A stretch of DNA of 64,000 nucleotides from Spirochaetaceae bacterium (GTDB taxonomy: Bacteria > Spirochaetota > Spirochaetia > DSM-2461): NCBI GenBank assembly GCA_051531975.1, contig JAOPTT010000007.1, positions 120,985 through 184,984 on the forward strand, in the 5' to 3' direction. The notes beneath the pieces were generated by a model. It saw only the letters and a program-made list of their open reading frames with translations. It made no database searches and had not been told where the DNA came from. Positions 38,139 to 50,326 of the stretch are shown one piece after another; the first letter of the stretch is position 1; each line of letters opens with the position of its first letter. The translations under genes were made by a program, and so were the position numbers.

Positions 38139-39917
38139 TTAATAAAGTGCTCCATAATTTTTACATGCTCTAAAATCAGCACCTTCTAAGTCTTTAGTTC
38201 CGTGGGCAGCCCATGCTTTAGGTCTAAATACTCTATCATCTTCAACATTGTGCATAGATACTGGAATTCTTAACATTGCTGCTAATGTAATTAGTTTATC
38301 CCCAATATGACCATAGGATATTCCACCATGGTTAGCACCCCAGTTATTCATTACAGAATAAACATCTTTAAAAGCACCTTCTCCGGTAGTTTTTGGAACA
38401 AACCAAGTTGTTGGCCAGGTTTCATTAGTTCTTTTATCTAAAACATCATGAATTTCATCCTCAACATCAACAGCATAACCCTCTGCGATTTGTAATACAG
38501 GACCTATTCCTTTTACAATATTAACTCTAGACATTGTTACAGGAATTTCACCCTTTGTTTTAAATAGAGATGAATAACCACCACCTCTAAAATACTCAGC
38601 TGATGCAGCACACCAGGATGTATTATCAAGACATTTTTGTTTCTCTTCTTCTGATATATCCCAGAATGGTTTTAGAACTCGATCTTTCCCATTCATCATT
38701 TCTCCTGTTCCATCTAATGTTGTTGAACCAGAGTTTATAAGGTGAATCATTCCTGAGTCTGCTGCTCTACCAGTTAATTTTTTACCAGTTACACGTTCAA
38801 CAGCTTCTGGAGTCCAGAATGTTCTAACGTCTGAGAAAATTTGTGCTGTATCTGTTAAAAGGTGACCAAATAACATTGCAACACCATTTAAGGAGTCATT
38901 TTCTGTAGCCATAACAAAGGCTTCTCTAATACCATTCCAATCAAAAGATGAGTTAAGAATAGCTTCTGAGAAGTCACCATTTGGCATATGATCAGTCCAA
39001 TGTCTCTGACCCTGGAAACCAGCAGCAATTGCATTATGCCCCTCTGCTTCTTCAGCAAACCCTAACTCAGCAAGTCTTGGGTTACCAATCATAAGGTCCT
39101 TCATTATCATAGTCATTTTAACAACTACTTCCCAATCTTCTTCTTTATCTTTAGAACTTCGTTGCATCTCTTTTGGGTTAGTATCTTTTCCAACTTTACA
39201 ATTCTCTTTTGTCCATTTTAAAGCTTTCTTGAATTCAACATCATCATATATATTTTCGTCTAATCGTCTTCTGATTTCCACCATATCAACAAATTCAGTT
39301 CTCATTCCAAGGTAGTCTTTAAAGAATCCCATATCTACATAAGAACCGATAATTCCCATTGATACACTACCTATTCCAAGGTAAGACTTACCCTTCATTG
39401 TAGCTACACTTAAACCAGATTTTACAAAGTTTAATAATTTTGTCTGTACATCACCTGGAATCTCTTCATCTCCAGCGTCTTGAACATCTCGGCCATAAAT
39501 AGAGAATACTGGATCGCCTAACTGATCGTGACCTGCAACAGCGGCTGCAAGGAATACAGCCCCTGGTCTCTCAGTACCATTAAATCCCCAAATTGCTTTT
39601 GGAATTCCAGGAGTCTGATCAATAGTTTCAGAACCATAACACCAACATGGTGTAACTGTTAAAGATACTCCAACATTTTCATCTTTGAACTTTTGTTCAC
39701 ACATAGCAGCTTCAGAAACCCCACCAATTGTTGTATCAGCTATAACAATTTCTAGTTTCTCTCCACTTGAGTGTCTTATATTATCAGTAAGAAATTTTGC
39801 TACATTTTCTGCCAGCTTCATTGTCTGATCTTCTAAAGATTCCCGAACACCCATTCTTCTACCATCAATTGTTGGTCTAATTCCTACTTTTGGTAATTTC
39901 CCTCTAAGTCTATTCAC
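38139..39917 (-). CDS. fucI: L-fucose isomerase
   Basis: [56 protein letters not shown] start at 39917 follows AAGGAG. Confidence 0.95.
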   Translation of the reverse strand: MNRLRGKLPKVGIRPTIDGRRMGVRESLEDQTMKLAENVAKFLTDNIRHSSGEKLEIVIADTTIGGVSEAAMCEQKFKDENVGVSLTVTPCWCYGSETIDQTPGIPKAIWGFNGTERPGAVFLAAAVAGHDQLGDPVFSIYGRDVQDAGDEEIPGDVQTKLLNFVKSGLSVATMKGKSYLGIGSVSMGIIGSYVDMGFFKDYLGMRTEFVDMVEIRRRLDENIYDDVEFKKALKWTKENCKVGKDTNPKEMQRSSKDKEEDWEVVVKMTMIMKDLMIGNPRLAELGFAEEAEGHNAIAAGFQGQRHWTDHMPNGDFSEAILNSSFDWNGIREAFVMATENDSLNGVAMLFGHLLTDTAQIFSDVRTFWTPEAVERVTGKKLTGRAADSGMIHLINSGSTTLDGTGEMMNGKDRVLKPFWDISEEEKQKCLDNTSWCAASAEYFRGGGYSSLFKTKGEIPVTMSRVNIVKGIGPVLQIAEGYAVDVEDEIHDVLDKRTNETWPTTWFVPKTTGEGAFKDVYSVMNNWGANHGGISYGHIGDKLITLAAMLRIPVSMHNVEDDRVFRPKAWAAHGTKDLEGADFRACKNYGALY

Positions 39918-39918
39918 T

Positions 39919-41322
39919 TTAATACTCCTTAATTTCAAAAGATCTTTTAACTATCTCTCTTCCTTCGTCTATATTTTTAATATGTCCAGTAGAAATCATC
40001 TGACAGATGATATTTCCATAAACAGAGGCTTCAATAGGCCCCGCATTAACTTTTATTTGTAACTTTTCTGCTGTTAACCGGCATAGGTAATCATCTTGAA
40101 TACCTCCACCAATCATTGAGATTACTGAATATGTTTTTCCAGTAAGTTCTGATATATCTTTAAGACCTGTTATATAAATATCTGTAATTCCGTTATATAC
40201 AGCCTTTGCAATATCTCCATAAGTTTTAGGTTCACTTTGGCCGTTGGTTTTACAATAATCTTTAACCTCAGATTCCATATCTATAGAGTAGTTAAATCTC
40301 TCATCAGCAGGATTTATTGAACAGGTTGTAGTTGACTGTTCTGCTAATTTAATAATATCTGGAAAGTCTAACTGCTCTCCTTTAAGATTCCACTGTTTTT
40401 TTAGTTCCTGTATTATCCATAAACCAGTAATTAGTTTTAGGCACCTTGTACATTTATACCCTAGTTCGTTGGTAAACCCATTGGTTTTAGCCTCTGGACT
40501 ATTAAAAGCTTTTGGTGCCTCTAATCCTAAAAGAGACCATGTCCCACTTATCAAAAATAGGCCATCTTTCTCTATTGGAGCTCCAATTATTGCAGAAGCA
40601 CTATCGTGGCCAGCAATTGAGAATACAGGAACCTGTCCAAGTCCTGTTTCATCTTGAATCTCTTTAGTTAATAATCCATTTAAAGTTCCAGGATCTACTA
40701 AATCCCCTACAATAGATCCAGGTATTTTAAGATCTTCGAATATGGAGCTGCTCCAATCCTTTGTTTCACTATCAATTATAGCTCCAGTTGATGATATTGT
40801 TCTCTCCCAGGTTCTATTCCCAGTTAAAAAATATGCAAATAAATTAGGCATAAATAGAAGCTGATCAGCTCCATGTTCAAGAACTTTTTTTACATGAACA
40901 TCATAATAAATTTGATATATAGAGTTAAAAGGAAAGTGCTGAATCCCACTTCTCGCATATATTTCATCTTCAGAAATTATATTATGTACTTCTGGGATAA
41001 CTTTAGATGTTCTATCATCTCTGTAGTGGTAGGGTATATATAGTAAGTCTCCATTTTTATCTAACCAACCATAATCTACACCCCATGTATCTATACCAAT
41101 ACCCATAACTTCTGTGTCTGGGATTTTTGAGATCTTTTTTAAGCCAATCTTAATCTCTTGTAATATGTATAGAAAATTAACATGTAATGACTTACGTAGA
41201 TGAATAGGTCCATTTTTAAACCTATGTATCTCTTCTAAAATTATTTTATCTGAACTAGGTCTACCCAGGATTACTCTACCACTAGATGCCCCAAGATCAA
41301 TTGCAATAAATGCCTTTCCCAT
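39919..41322 (-). CDS. rhaB: Rhamnulokinase/L-fuculokinase (RhaB-type FGGY kinase)
   Basis: [46 protein letters not shown]. Confidence 0.88.
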   Translation of the reverse strand: MGKAFIAIDLGASSGRVILGRPSSDKIILEEIHRFKNGPIHLRKSLHVNFLYILQEIKIGLKKISKIPDTEVMGIGIDTWGVDYGWLDKNGDLLYIPYHYRDDRTSKVIPEVHNIISEDEIYARSGIQHFPFNSIYQIYYDVHVKKVLEHGADQLLFMPNLFAYFLTGNRTWERTISSTGAIIDSETKDWSSSIFEDLKIPGSIVGDLVDPGTLNGLLTKEIQDETGLGQVPVFSIAGHDSASAIIGAPIEKDGLFLISGTWSLLGLEAPKAFNSPEAKTNGFTNELGYKCTRCLKLITGLWIIQELKKQWNLKGEQLDFPDIIKLAEQSTTTCSINPADERFNYSIDMESEVKDYCKTNGQSEPKTYGDIAKAVYNGITDIYITGLKDISELTGKTYSVISMIGGGIQDDYLCRLTAEKLQIKVNAGPIEASVYGNIICQMISTGHIKNIDEGREIVKRSFEIKEY

Positions 41323-41409
41323 ATATGTTTTATCCCCTTGATATGTTTATACACCCGATTTTACCATAAATGTATGGATAATAATGAGTATTTTATGTAT
41401 ATTTACCGC

Positions 41410-42189
41410 ATGGAGAGAGAAAACCCCTTTTTAGCACCTCTTATTGAGTATTTAGGACTTGTAACTATTAATAGATGGTGGGAATCAGAAGAACATATAA
41501 GACCAGTCTGGAAACTCTATTGGAATAGTAAAATAGGTGCAAAACTAAATTTTAACAATAAAAATATCGATTTAAAACCTGAGAAGATATATCTAATAGC
41601 CCCTATGACTCAATACACTCCATATTGTAGGTCTGAAGTAGAACACTTTTATATTCATTTTAGCCTTCCTAGGGAGTATAGTAGTATGTCTCAAGGTATC
41701 TGGGAGATAGATCCAAGACATTTCAGATATTCAGAAATAAGAGATATCAGTAAAGACATATTAAACTCCTATTCTAGAAGACTATTATTTATGGAGATTA
41801 TTAACTTCTCTCTTAGGCAGTTACCTTCAAGCTTTTTTGAACAGAGGCACCATAATCCATTAGGTGAAATTTTTTTATGGTTAGATAAAAATCTTCATAA
41901 AAATTGTGATAATAAAGTATTAGCGGAATTCTCTGGATTCTCAGAAGATACTCTAAATAGGTACTTTTTAAAGGAGACAGGAATTACTCCACAAAAATAT
42001 GTTAGGAATTTACGTATTAGTCGTGGGGCAAATCTATTAAAATTAACAGAAAATAGTGTTGAACAAATTGCAGAACTGTGCGGTTTTTATGATAGGCCTC
42101 ACTTTCATAGACTGTTTAAGAAAGGAACAGGATTTACTCCTGTTGAGTTCCGTTATATGTCACAAAACTCCATAATCCATAGGGTTTAG
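41410..42189 (+). CDS. AraC-family regulator, divergent from rhaB-fucI
   Basis: HFYIHF; CGFYDRPHFHRLFKK..GFTP; start uncertain (ORF open from 41338). Confidence 0.85.
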   Translation: MERENPFLAPLIEYLGLVTINRWWESEEHIRPVWKLYWNSKIGAKLNFNNKNIDLKPEKIYLIAPMTQYTPYCRSEVEHFYIHFSLPREYSSMSQGIWEIDPRHFRYSEIRDISKDILNSYSRRLLFMEIINFSLRQLPSSFFEQRHHNPLGEIFLWLDKNLHKNCDNKVLAEFSGFSEDTLNRYFLKETGITPQKYVRNLRISRGANLLKLTENSVEQIAELCGFYDRPHFHRLFKKGTGFTPVEFRYMSQNSIIHRV

Positions 42190-42228
42190 TTGAATATTGT
42201 CCGGTAAATGTAGAAAATTCTCCATTTG
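42187..42228 (+). promoter_or_regulatory. Tandem 21-bp-period site upstream of the response regulator
   Basis: GTTGAATATTGTCC (42189) and GTAGAAAATTCTCC (42210) resemble the sites before araB and the second ABC operon. Confidence 0.5.
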
Positions 42229-42284
42229 AAGGTCAAACTGTAAATAATGTTTTACGATATGAAAATCATGAGTAATAATAAACT

Positions 42285-43850
42285 ATGTTTAACTTAATCT
42301 TTGTTGACGATGAATTTATAATTCGGAATGGTATAAAAAAATGTGTTCCGTGGAAAGAAAATGGATTTGATCTTGTTGGTTTATTTGAAAATGGTCAATT
42401 AGCCTACGACTATATTAAAAATAACCCGGTAGATGTTGTAATAACAGATATAAATATGCCTCATATGGATGGACTAGTTTTAAGTAGTGTTTTAGCCGAG
42501 GAATATCCTAAGATTATGGTTTTATTACTCTCTGGATATGACGATTTTGAATATGCACAGAAAGCCGTTAAAAACCATGTAAGAGAGTTTCTTCTTAAAC
42601 CAATAACCGCAGATGAGTTATCTGTCGCTTTAGAGGTTGTGAAAAAAGAACTGCTCTTATCTCGAAATCAGGAACTGTTACAAGAAGAGATGAAAGAGAA
42701 ACTTAAAATTAGTTTCCCACTGTTAAAAGAACGCTTTTTTAATAGGTTGATTTCTGGAAGATTAACCCAGGATAATTATAATAGAAGACGGGAATATTTT
42801 AAATGGGCTGATTTAGAACAGTTTTATCAGGTCTCTGTAATAGGAGTCCCTGAATCATGGAATGAACTTGAAAGAATTACTTTAAGAGAATATCTAAGAG
42901 GAAGCATAGAAACCCATGATGAGATCTTTTTTAATACAGACGAAAATCTTGTACTGTTAGTGCAGTCTGATGAAAAAAAGAAATTAGCAGAAATAACAAG
43001 AAAATATTTAGAGGATACATTTCGTTTTGTTGGAAGCCAGGATAAAGAACAGATTTCCACAGGTTGTGGTGAGATAGTATCAAATAGTAAAGAGATCTCC
43101 GGATCCTATTTTGGTGCTAAAAATGCCTTTGATTATACTAAGGTATTAGGACTGTCTCAGATTCTTTCTATAAAAGATGTTCGAAGCTCAAAAAAAATAC
43201 GGCCAGAAACATTTTGTGTTTATTTAGCAGATATAATTGAGCAGTTAAAAGAGGGTAGCAAAGACCAGACTATAACAAAAATAGATGACCTTTTTACGTA
43301 TATGGAGCAGCACTATATATCCCACGATGAAGCATTTTCTTATTATTCTAGGATAAATCACGCATTAGATGTATTTATTCAGGAGATGGGGCTGTATTCA
43401 GAAAATGATGTGATATTCTCAACACATACATTACGGTATAGAACTTTAGAACAGGCAAAAAAAGCTTTCAAAAATTATGTAGCTGATATTGAAAAGAAAA
43501 TTGATAACAGAAGAAACGACATTATTGTTTCTAGAATAGATAATGCAAAAGCTATAATATCTAAAAGGTTTTCTGAATCTAACTTTTCTCTTCAGTGTAT
43601 ATGCGATGAATTATACCTTTCTACGAGTCAGTTTAGTTATCTTTTTAAAGAGGGAACAGGTCAAACTTTTGTAGAGTATTTAACATCCTATAGAGTAGAA
43701 GAAGCAAAAAAAATGCTAAAATTAACTGATCATAAGGTATATGAAATTGCTGAGAATATTGGATATCAAGACCCTAGGTATTTCTCCCTAATTTTCAAGA
43801 AACAGACCGGTGTTACCGCCCTAGAATATAGAAAAAGGTTAGAGCATTGA
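42285..43850 (+). CDS. YesN-type response regulator (REC + AraC)
   Basis: VDDE, TDINMPHMDG, LSGYDDF, LLKP; C-terminal AraC domain. Confidence 0.95.
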   Translation: MFNLIFVDDEFIIRNGIKKCVPWKENGFDLVGLFENGQLAYDYIKNNPVDVVITDINMPHMDGLVLSSVLAEEYPKIMVLLLSGYDDFEYAQKAVKNHVREFLLKPITADELSVALEVVKKELLLSRNQELLQEEMKEKLKISFPLLKERFFNRLISGRLTQDNYNRRREYFKWADLEQFYQVSVIGVPESWNELERITLREYLRGSIETHDEIFFNTDENLVLLVQSDEKKKLAEITRKYLEDTFRFVGSQDKEQISTGCGEIVSNSKEISGSYFGAKNAFDYTKVLGLSQILSIKDVRSSKKIRPETFCVYLADIIEQLKEGSKDQTITKIDDLFTYMEQHYISHDEAFSYYSRINHALDVFIQEMGLYSENDVIFSTHTLRYRTLEQAKKAFKNYVADIEKKIDNRRNDIIVSRIDNAKAIISKRFSESNFSLQCICDELYLSTSQFSYLFKEGTGQTFVEYLTSYRVEEAKKMLKLTDHKVYEIAENIGYQDPRYFSLIFKKQTGVTALEYRKRLEH

Positions 43851-45625
43851 AGAAGACACTAGGGTTCAAGACCTTAGAATCTAGGATTTATCTAATAATA
43901 ACTCTTATGTTATTCACTGCAATTTTTATAATGCAATTAGTATTTTTTAGATTTGTTACAACAACTGTTACATCTTCAACCTTGGATAATAACAGAACAC
44001 TGTTAAAACAACTTGTCGCTCAAATTGATTCATATCTTTATGATATTGAGAAAGTTTCCGGGGTTATTGTAGATGATAATAATATTCAGTTTTATCTTGA
44101 AAACATAGATTCTACGGATTTACAAGATGACATAGAGCAGCAGTTATATAATTATAAACAAGCAAGAACGGATATTTCTAATATTTTGATTTATGCTAAT
44201 GATGGAACAATTATTTTAAGCGATCCAGATGTTAAAGTTAATCCTTGGACTCCAATAAAGGATAATTTATGGTTTAAAAATGCAATTAATAAGCGAGGTC
44301 GAATAGCTGTCTCTGAATCTTATGTTCAGAATATAATAGTGGGACAATATACATGGGTTGTCTCTCTTAGTCGAGAAATTTTTTCAAAAATAAGTGGGAA
44401 ATCATTAGGTGTTTTATTAGTTGATCTTAAGTTTAATAGAATAGATGAACTGTGCAGGTCCTTTATTATTGGAGAAAAAGGCTATGATTTTATACTAGAT
44501 AATAGTGGGAATTATATTTTTCATCCAACTCAGCAATTAATTAATAGTAATCTAAGATCAGAACCAATAAAGCAGTTAATTTCAAAATACAATTTAAGAA
44601 ATAAAAAATATATTTACAATAATGAAAAATATTACATGACTGAAAGATCTGGATTAACAAATTGGAATATTGTTAGTGTAACCCACAAAAGTGATATTGT
44701 TACTGACTGGCAGAATGTTCAGGTTATATATACATTAGTTGGTTTTATACTTTTTCTTGTTGTTGGACCAATAACTAAAAGAGTTTCATCTGGGATTTCT
44801 GGGCCAGTAAAGAAGTTACAAAGTATTATGAAAACCGTAGAATATGGTGAATTTAATATGATAGGTAAGATTGATGCTACTGAGGAAATTCAGAACTTAG
44901 CATATGATTATAATATTATGGTTGGACGTATAAGAGAACTAGTTGAAACTAATAATAGGGATCAGGAACTTAAAAGAAAAAGTGATTTAGTAGCTCTGCA
45001 GGCACAGATAAATCCACATTTTTTATATAATACATTAGATTCAATTATATGGATGGGAGAGATGGGGCAAAACAAAGAAGTTGTACAAATGACTTCGGCA
45101 CTATCAAAATTATTTAGAATAAGCATAAGTAAAGGTCATGAAATAATAACAATTCGAGATGAAATTGCTCATGTTCAATCATATCTTACAATTCAGGGCA
45201 TGAGATACCAAGATAAGTTTACATATTTAATAGATATTGATCCGGATTTATATGTTTACCCAATTATAAAGATTACATTACAGCCTTTAATCGAAAATGC
45301 AATTTATCATGGAATAAAAGAGAAACATGGTAAAGGTTTTATTAAAATAACTGGAAGACAGGTCGAAGATGTTATATTTATTGATGTAGAAGATAATGGT
45401 CTAGGTATGACAGAAGAAGTTTTAGAAGAGTTAAGACATAATGTGAATATAAAGCAGAAGGATTTTATTGAAGAATCTAAACATGGTATGGGTTTAAGGA
45501 ATGTACACCAAAGAATTAGGCTATATTTTGGTGAGGAGTATGGTCTAACTTTTAGCTCTGTATTAGGTCAGAGTTCTACACTAACAATAGTCCTGCCTGC
45601 AAAAATGATGGAGAAAAAATCGTGA
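43847..45625 (+). CDS. YesM-type sensor histidine kinase (Cache-HAMP)
   Basis: LQAQINPHFLYNTL, LQPLIENAIYHG, DNGLGM, GMGLRNV. Confidence 0.95.
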   Translation: MKKTLGFKTLESRIYLIITLMLFTAIFIMQLVFFRFVTTTVTSSTLDNNRTLLKQLVAQIDSYLYDIEKVSGVIVDDNNIQFYLENIDSTDLQDDIEQQLYNYKQARTDISNILIYANDGTIILSDPDVKVNPWTPIKDNLWFKNAINKRGRIAVSESYVQNIIVGQYTWVVSLSREIFSKISGKSLGVLLVDLKFNRIDELCRSFIIGEKGYDFILDNSGNYIFHPTQQLINSNLRSEPIKQLISKYNLRNKKYIYNNEKYYMTERSGLTNWNIVSVTHKSDIVTDWQNVQVIYTLVGFILFLVVGPITKRVSSGISGPVKKLQSIMKTVEYGEFNMIGKIDATEEIQNLAYDYNIMVGRIRELVETNNRDQELKRKSDLVALQAQINPHFLYNTLDSIIWMGEMGQNKEVVQMTSALSKLFRISISKGHEIITIRDEIAHVQSYLTIQGMRYQDKFTYLIDIDPDLYVYPIIKITLQPLIENAIYHGIKEKHGKGFIKITGRQVEDVIFIDVEDNGLGMTEEVLEELRHNVNIKQKDFIEESKHGMGLRNVHQRIRLYFGEEYGLTFSSVLGQSSTLTIVLPAKMMEKKS

Positions 45626-46602
45626 GAAATTTATATTTTCTTCTACTTAGCTTAATGGCTACATTTGTTCTATTTATGATCTTTTCCTTTGTTTATGGTA
45701 GTGATTCTTTCAAAAAAGTTAATCTAGAGAAACCTATAGAAGTTGTTTTAAAATCTGTTAAAGGCGAAACAATGGACTTTTGGAATGTTGTTAATTTAGG
45801 AATTGATGAGGCTGCAAAAGAGTTTGGAGTCCAAGTTAATGTTTCTGGTCCTAATTTTGAAAAAGAGATAAATAAACAGATAACTATTTTAAATAAAATA
45901 ATTGAAGATAATCCCCCTATTATTATATTAGCAGCATCGGATTATAAAAGATTAACTGCTTCTATAGATAGAGCTGACTATCTAGAAATCCCAGTTATTA
46001 CCCTTGATTCTGGGGTAGATTCAAACTACCCAGAGTCATTTGTAGGTACAAATAATATTATTGCCGGGGAAAAAGCGGGTAGAGAGCTAAAAAGATTATT
46101 AGAGGATAGTAATAAAAAAGAAATAGCCATAGTCGCTCATTTAAAAGAGACTAATACTGCAATAGATAGAGAGCAAGGTGTTAGGAATGCACTGGATGAA
46201 GAGAATATTATAGGTACATGGTTTTGTGATGTTGAGGAAGACAAAGCCTATTATATAACATTAGGTTTATTAAAAAATAGTAACCTTGGCGGCATAGTTG
46301 CATTAAACGAAGTTGCAGCCCTAGGAGTTGCTAGAGCAATACAAGAGACAAATAGTCAGGATATTATTAAGGTTGTTGGTTTTGATAATTCTGCTAGAGA
46401 GCTAACATTTCTTGAAGCTGGAGTCTTAGACGCAACGGTGGTACAGCGGCCATATAATATGGGTTATCTTGCTGTTAAAACAGCTGTTGAACATCTAAGC
46501 GGGGATAAGGTTGAAGCTAATATTGATACTGGGTCTGTTTTAATTACCAAAGTAAATATGTTTAAAAGAGAGTATCAGGATATTCTTTTTCCATTTCAGT
46601 AA
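45622..46602 (+). CDS. Sugar-binding protein associated with the two-component system
   Basis: N-terminal hydrophobic anchor; FWNVV..G, VGTNN, VVGFD, VQRPYNMGY. Confidence 0.88.
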   Translation: MRNLYFLLLSLMATFVLFMIFSFVYGSDSFKKVNLEKPIEVVLKSVKGETMDFWNVVNLGIDEAAKEFGVQVNVSGPNFEKEINKQITILNKIIEDNPPIIILAASDYKRLTASIDRADYLEIPVITLDSGVDSNYPESFVGTNNIIAGEKAGRELKRLLEDSNKKEIAIVAHLKETNTAIDREQGVRNALDEENIIGTWFCDVEEDKAYYITLGLLKNSNLGGIVALNEVAALGVARAIQETNSQDIIKVVGFDNSARELTFLEAGVLDATVVQRPYNMGYLAVKTAVEHLSGDKVEANIDTGSVLITKVNMFKREYQDILFPFQ

Positions 46603-46618
46603 TTAAATTATTTAGGAA

Positions 46619-46660
46619 CCGTAAAAAAATATACCTTTTCCGTAAAATTCTTGATTATAG
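46619..46660 (+). promoter_or_regulatory. Tandem 21-bp-period CCGTAAAA site upstream of araB
   Basis: CCGTAAAA at 46619 and 46640. Confidence 0.65.
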
Positions 46661-46710
46661 TAGATAACAAGTCGTGTAATAATAGAAACTGTTATAACTA
46701 GGAGATTGAA

Positions 46711-48381
46711 ATGGGTAAAAATAGTTATGTTATAGGTGTAGATTTTGGTTCTGATTCTGTTAGGGCAATAATTGTTGATACTAAAGATGGCAAAGAGTTA
46801 AGCGAATCTGTTTTTAACTATCCAAGATGGAAAGAAGGGCTCTATTGTAACCCCCTGATAAATCAATTCAGACAACACCCATTAGACTATATTGAAGGTC
46901 TTACATATACAATTAAAGATGTCATATCAAAAGCAGGTGACGGTATCTCTAAATTTATAAAAGCCATCGCTTTTGATACCACAGGTTCTACTCCATGTGC
47001 TGTGGATAAAAACGGAACACCATTAGCTTTATTACCTAAATATGAGACTAATCCTAATGCTATGTTTATATTATGGAAGGATCATACAGCAATAGAAGAA
47101 GCAAAAGAGATTAATTTGTTATCCCATAGTGGTAAATATGTAGATTATACAAAATTTCTAGGTGGAAGTTACTCTTCTGAGTGGTTTTGGGCAAAAATTC
47201 TACGTACATTAAGAGTGGACAAAGAGGTCAGAGAAGATGCCTTTTCTTGGGTTGAACACTCAGACTGGATGGTTTCACTTTTAACAGGAAATAGAGACCC
47301 ATTAACAATGAATAGATCTAGGTGTAGTTCAGGGCATAAAGCTATGTGGCATAAAAGTTTTGATGGTATCCCAGCAGAGGATTTTTTAGAGGATTTAGAT
47401 CCACTACTAAAAGGTCTGCGTAATAATATTAATGGACAAACTGTTACTGCAGAAGTTTCAAATGGTAATCTATCTGAAGAGTGGGCAAAAAAACTTGGAT
47501 TATCTGAAGATGTAATAATTGGTGGATCTGCAATTGATGCCCATATAGGAGCAGTTGGAGCTGGAATAAAAGCATACGATATGGTTAAAGTTATTGGGAC
47601 AAGTACTTGTGATATTGTTGTTGTCCCAACTATAGATTTTGCTGATAGTTTTGTTAATGGAATATGTGGGCAAGTTGATGGCTCTGTTATTCCAGGAATG
47701 GTAGGTTTAGAAGCTGGTCAGGCTGCATTTGGCGACTATTATGCATGGTTTAAAAAAACTCTATTAGGTCCCTCTATAAAAATTATAAACAGTAGTAAAA
47801 CTATATCCCCGGTCGCTAAAATTGAACTTTTAAAAGAACTTGATAATAATCTTCTTAAAACCCTTGAAGAGGGGTGTGAGAAGTCTCCAAAATTAGACGA
47901 TATAATTGCTTTGGATTGGATAAATGGTCGAAGAACCCCTGATGCTAATCAGGAACTAGAAGCTGGATTTATAGGATTAAATATCTCAACATCAGCGTAT
48001 AAAATGTATAAATCAATAATTGATGCAACAGCTTTTGGAGCTAGAAAGATTCAAGATAGATTTACTCAAGAAGGAATAAATATCAAACGGGTAATTGCCA
48101 CAGGTGGAATCTCTAGAAAGTCAAAACTTGTTATGCAAACTTTAGCAGATGTTCTGAATAGGGAAATTATTGTAAGTTCATCAGAACAGACTTGTGCTCT
48201 AGGATCGAGTATGTTCGCAGCAGTTTCAGCTGGTATATACAGTGATATTAGAGACGCACAAGAACATATGGGCTGTGGGTATGATTATACTTATACACCA
48301 ATACCAAAAAATGTTGAAATCTATGAGAACTTATATCACCGTTATTTAAGTTTTGCAAACTATGTAGAAGTGACAAAATAG
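46711..48381 (+). CDS. araB: Ribulokinase
   Basis: GVDFGSDSVRA, FRQHPLDY, DTTGSTP, LWKDHTA, YSSEWFWAK, GLEAGQ, DWINGRRTPDA. Confidence 0.92.
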   Translation: MGKNSYVIGVDFGSDSVRAIIVDTKDGKELSESVFNYPRWKEGLYCNPLINQFRQHPLDYIEGLTYTIKDVISKAGDGISKFIKAIAFDTTGSTPCAVDKNGTPLALLPKYETNPNAMFILWKDHTAIEEAKEINLLSHSGKYVDYTKFLGGSYSSEWFWAKILRTLRVDKEVREDAFSWVEHSDWMVSLLTGNRDPLTMNRSRCSSGHKAMWHKSFDGIPAEDFLEDLDPLLKGLRNNINGQTVTAEVSNGNLSEEWAKKLGLSEDVIIGGSAIDAHIGAVGAGIKAYDMVKVIGTSTCDIVVVPTIDFADSFVNGICGQVDGSVIPGMVGLEAGQAAFGDYYAWFKKTLLGPSIKIINSSKTISPVAKIELLKELDNNLLKTLEEGCEKSPKLDDIIALDWINGRRTPDANQELEAGFIGLNISTSAYKMYKSIIDATAFGARKIQDRFTQEGINIKRVIATGGISRKSKLVMQTLADVLNREIIVSSSEQTCALGSSMFAAVSAGIYSDIRDAQEHMGCGYDYTYTPIPKNVEIYENLYHRYLSFANYVEVTK

Positions 48382-48422
48382 AGAAAAACGTAATATTTTC
48401 TACATATACTGGATAAATTTAG

Positions 48423-50303
48423 ATGGCGGAATTGAAAAATCCATACGATACTTTTAATATGAATATTAGAAATAAACTTTTTGGTTCAATAGTTATTATT
48501 TTATTTTTTATTGTATTAAGCTTTGTACTCTACTTTGTTATGACCCAGCCTATAAATAAGATGAGAGAGGAAGAAAAATCTTTTACATCTCTAAAAATAG
48601 CCCTGATATCAGAACTTAGGGTTTTAGGACATTTAGTTCCGGGGACAATTAATAAAGTCTATATAAAGTTTAAAGAACAACAGTCTGTAACTGATGATGG
48701 TTTTGCTCAAATACATAATTTAAAAACCCTACCAACAATTAATCAAAGAATAAAAGATGCTATTGAAGTAATAACCAATATGGAAGTTATTATTAAAAAA
48801 CATAGAGTAGCATTAGACTCTGCATATAATATTTTTATAAAAAATTCACAAGATGTTTATCAGCTAAAAACCGATGTTAAGGTTCTAAGCTATGCTATGT
48901 CAGACCAACTAATAAACCATGAAAAGCTCGATGAATATAGTGATAATTTAGATAACCTTGTTTCTAGAATAGTATATTTATATAAAGGAATCGAAGTTAA
49001 TATCGATGTTATAGATACTCAATACGAAATTATAAACCAAGAGATCAGTAAAATAAAAGCAAAAAGTCAAATTACTTCTATAATATTAGGAATAATTATG
49101 TCAGGTATTGGAGTTATACTCTCATTTTTAATTTCTAGTAGAATAAGTAAAAGTTTAAAACACATCGATGATAATATTCATCATCTTAATCAAATGATTT
49201 TAACAAAAAGATTTGATATAAAGTCTAGTGACGAACTTGGTAGACTCTCTACTACCCTTAATGAGTTTTTAGATACACTAAATAGTTCTATTAATAAGAC
49301 GAAGGTCAACTCATCTGAAAATATCGAAACTAGGAACCTGATGATATCATCCTTAGAAGATTCATCAAATTCAATAACTGGCATCGATCTGAATATTGCA
49401 GATATTGAAAATTTATCATCTAATCTTGGATTAAGTGTTGCTGAGTCTGAAGACGCAATAGGCTCAATTGTAAAACTTATTGAGAACCAGAATTTAATGA
49501 TAGAATCTGAAGGGAATATGATTGAAGATTCTACATCTTCTGTTAATCAGATAATAGCCTCGGTTAACTCTATTGGTTCAATTGTAAAAAATAACCAAAG
49601 GTCATCAGAAGAACTAATTGGTATAGCAAAAGTTGGTCAAGAGAAATTATCTAAAACAACATCTATAATTAACGACATAAGTAGTAGTGCCACAGAGATA
49701 AAAGATATTACTAAGATTATAGAAGATATCGCGTCTAGGACAAACTTACTGGCAATGAATGCAGCTATAGAAGCGGCTAATGCTGGGGAAGCAGGTCGAG
49801 GTTTTTCTGTTGTTGCAAACGAGATAAGAAAACTATCAGAAGCATCATCAAAAAACTCAAAAGAAATCTCCTATAACTTAAATAGAATACTTGGAAATAT
49901 TGAAGAAGCGGGAGTCTCGGTCGCAGATACAACTAATACTTTTAAACTTACAGGTCTAGAAATAAATAAGATATCAGAAAGAATATCAGATATTATGATT
50001 AGTTTAGATGAGCTAGGTTCTGGAGGTAGTTTAATCCAAGACTCAATGACTGTATTACACGATTTATCTATGAAAATAAGGTCTGAATCTGATAATATGA
50101 CCCTATCTACAGTAACGGTTAAAAACTCAATTGAAAAAGTTACAAATATATCCACTGAGCTTCAGAGGGGAACCCATGAGATAACATCAGGTATTAAAGT
50201 TATTAAGACTTCAATCTCCGATGTTTCATCCTTAGGGGATCAGATGATGACTAAAAGTGAACAGCTCAATAATGAAGTTCTTAAATTTGAAACATCAATA
50301 TAA
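48423..50303 (+). CDS. Methyl-accepting chemotaxis protein
   Basis: Two TM segments, HAMP (DELGRL), [33 protein letters not shown]; true start may be ATG 48459. Confidence 0.93.
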   Translation: MAELKNPYDTFNMNIRNKLFGSIVIILFFIVLSFVLYFVMTQPINKMREEEKSFTSLKIALISELRVLGHLVPGTINKVYIKFKEQQSVTDDGFAQIHNLKTLPTINQRIKDAIEVITNMEVIIKKHRVALDSAYNIFIKNSQDVYQLKTDVKVLSYAMSDQLINHEKLDEYSDNLDNLVSRIVYLYKGIEVNIDVIDTQYEIINQEISKIKAKSQITSIILGIIMSGIGVILSFLISSRISKSLKHIDDNIHHLNQMILTKRFDIKSSDELGRLSTTLNEFLDTLNSSINKTKVNSSENIETRNLMISSLEDSSNSITGIDLNIADIENLSSNLGLSVAESEDAIGSIVKLIENQNLMIESEGNMIEDSTSSVNQIIASVNSIGSIVKNNQRSSEELIGIAKVGQEKLSKTTSIINDISSSATEIKDITKIIEDIASRTNLLAMNAAIEAANAGEAGRGFSVVANEIRKLSEASSKNSKEISYNLNRILGNIEEAGVSVADTTNTFKLTGLEINKISERISDIMISLDELGSGGSLIQDSMTVLHDLSMKIRSESDNMTLSTVTVKNSIEKVTNISTELQRGTHEITSGIKVIKTSISDVSSLGDQMMTKSEQLNNEVLKFETSI

Positions 50304-50326
50304 TATAAATAAATAACTCCTTTTTC

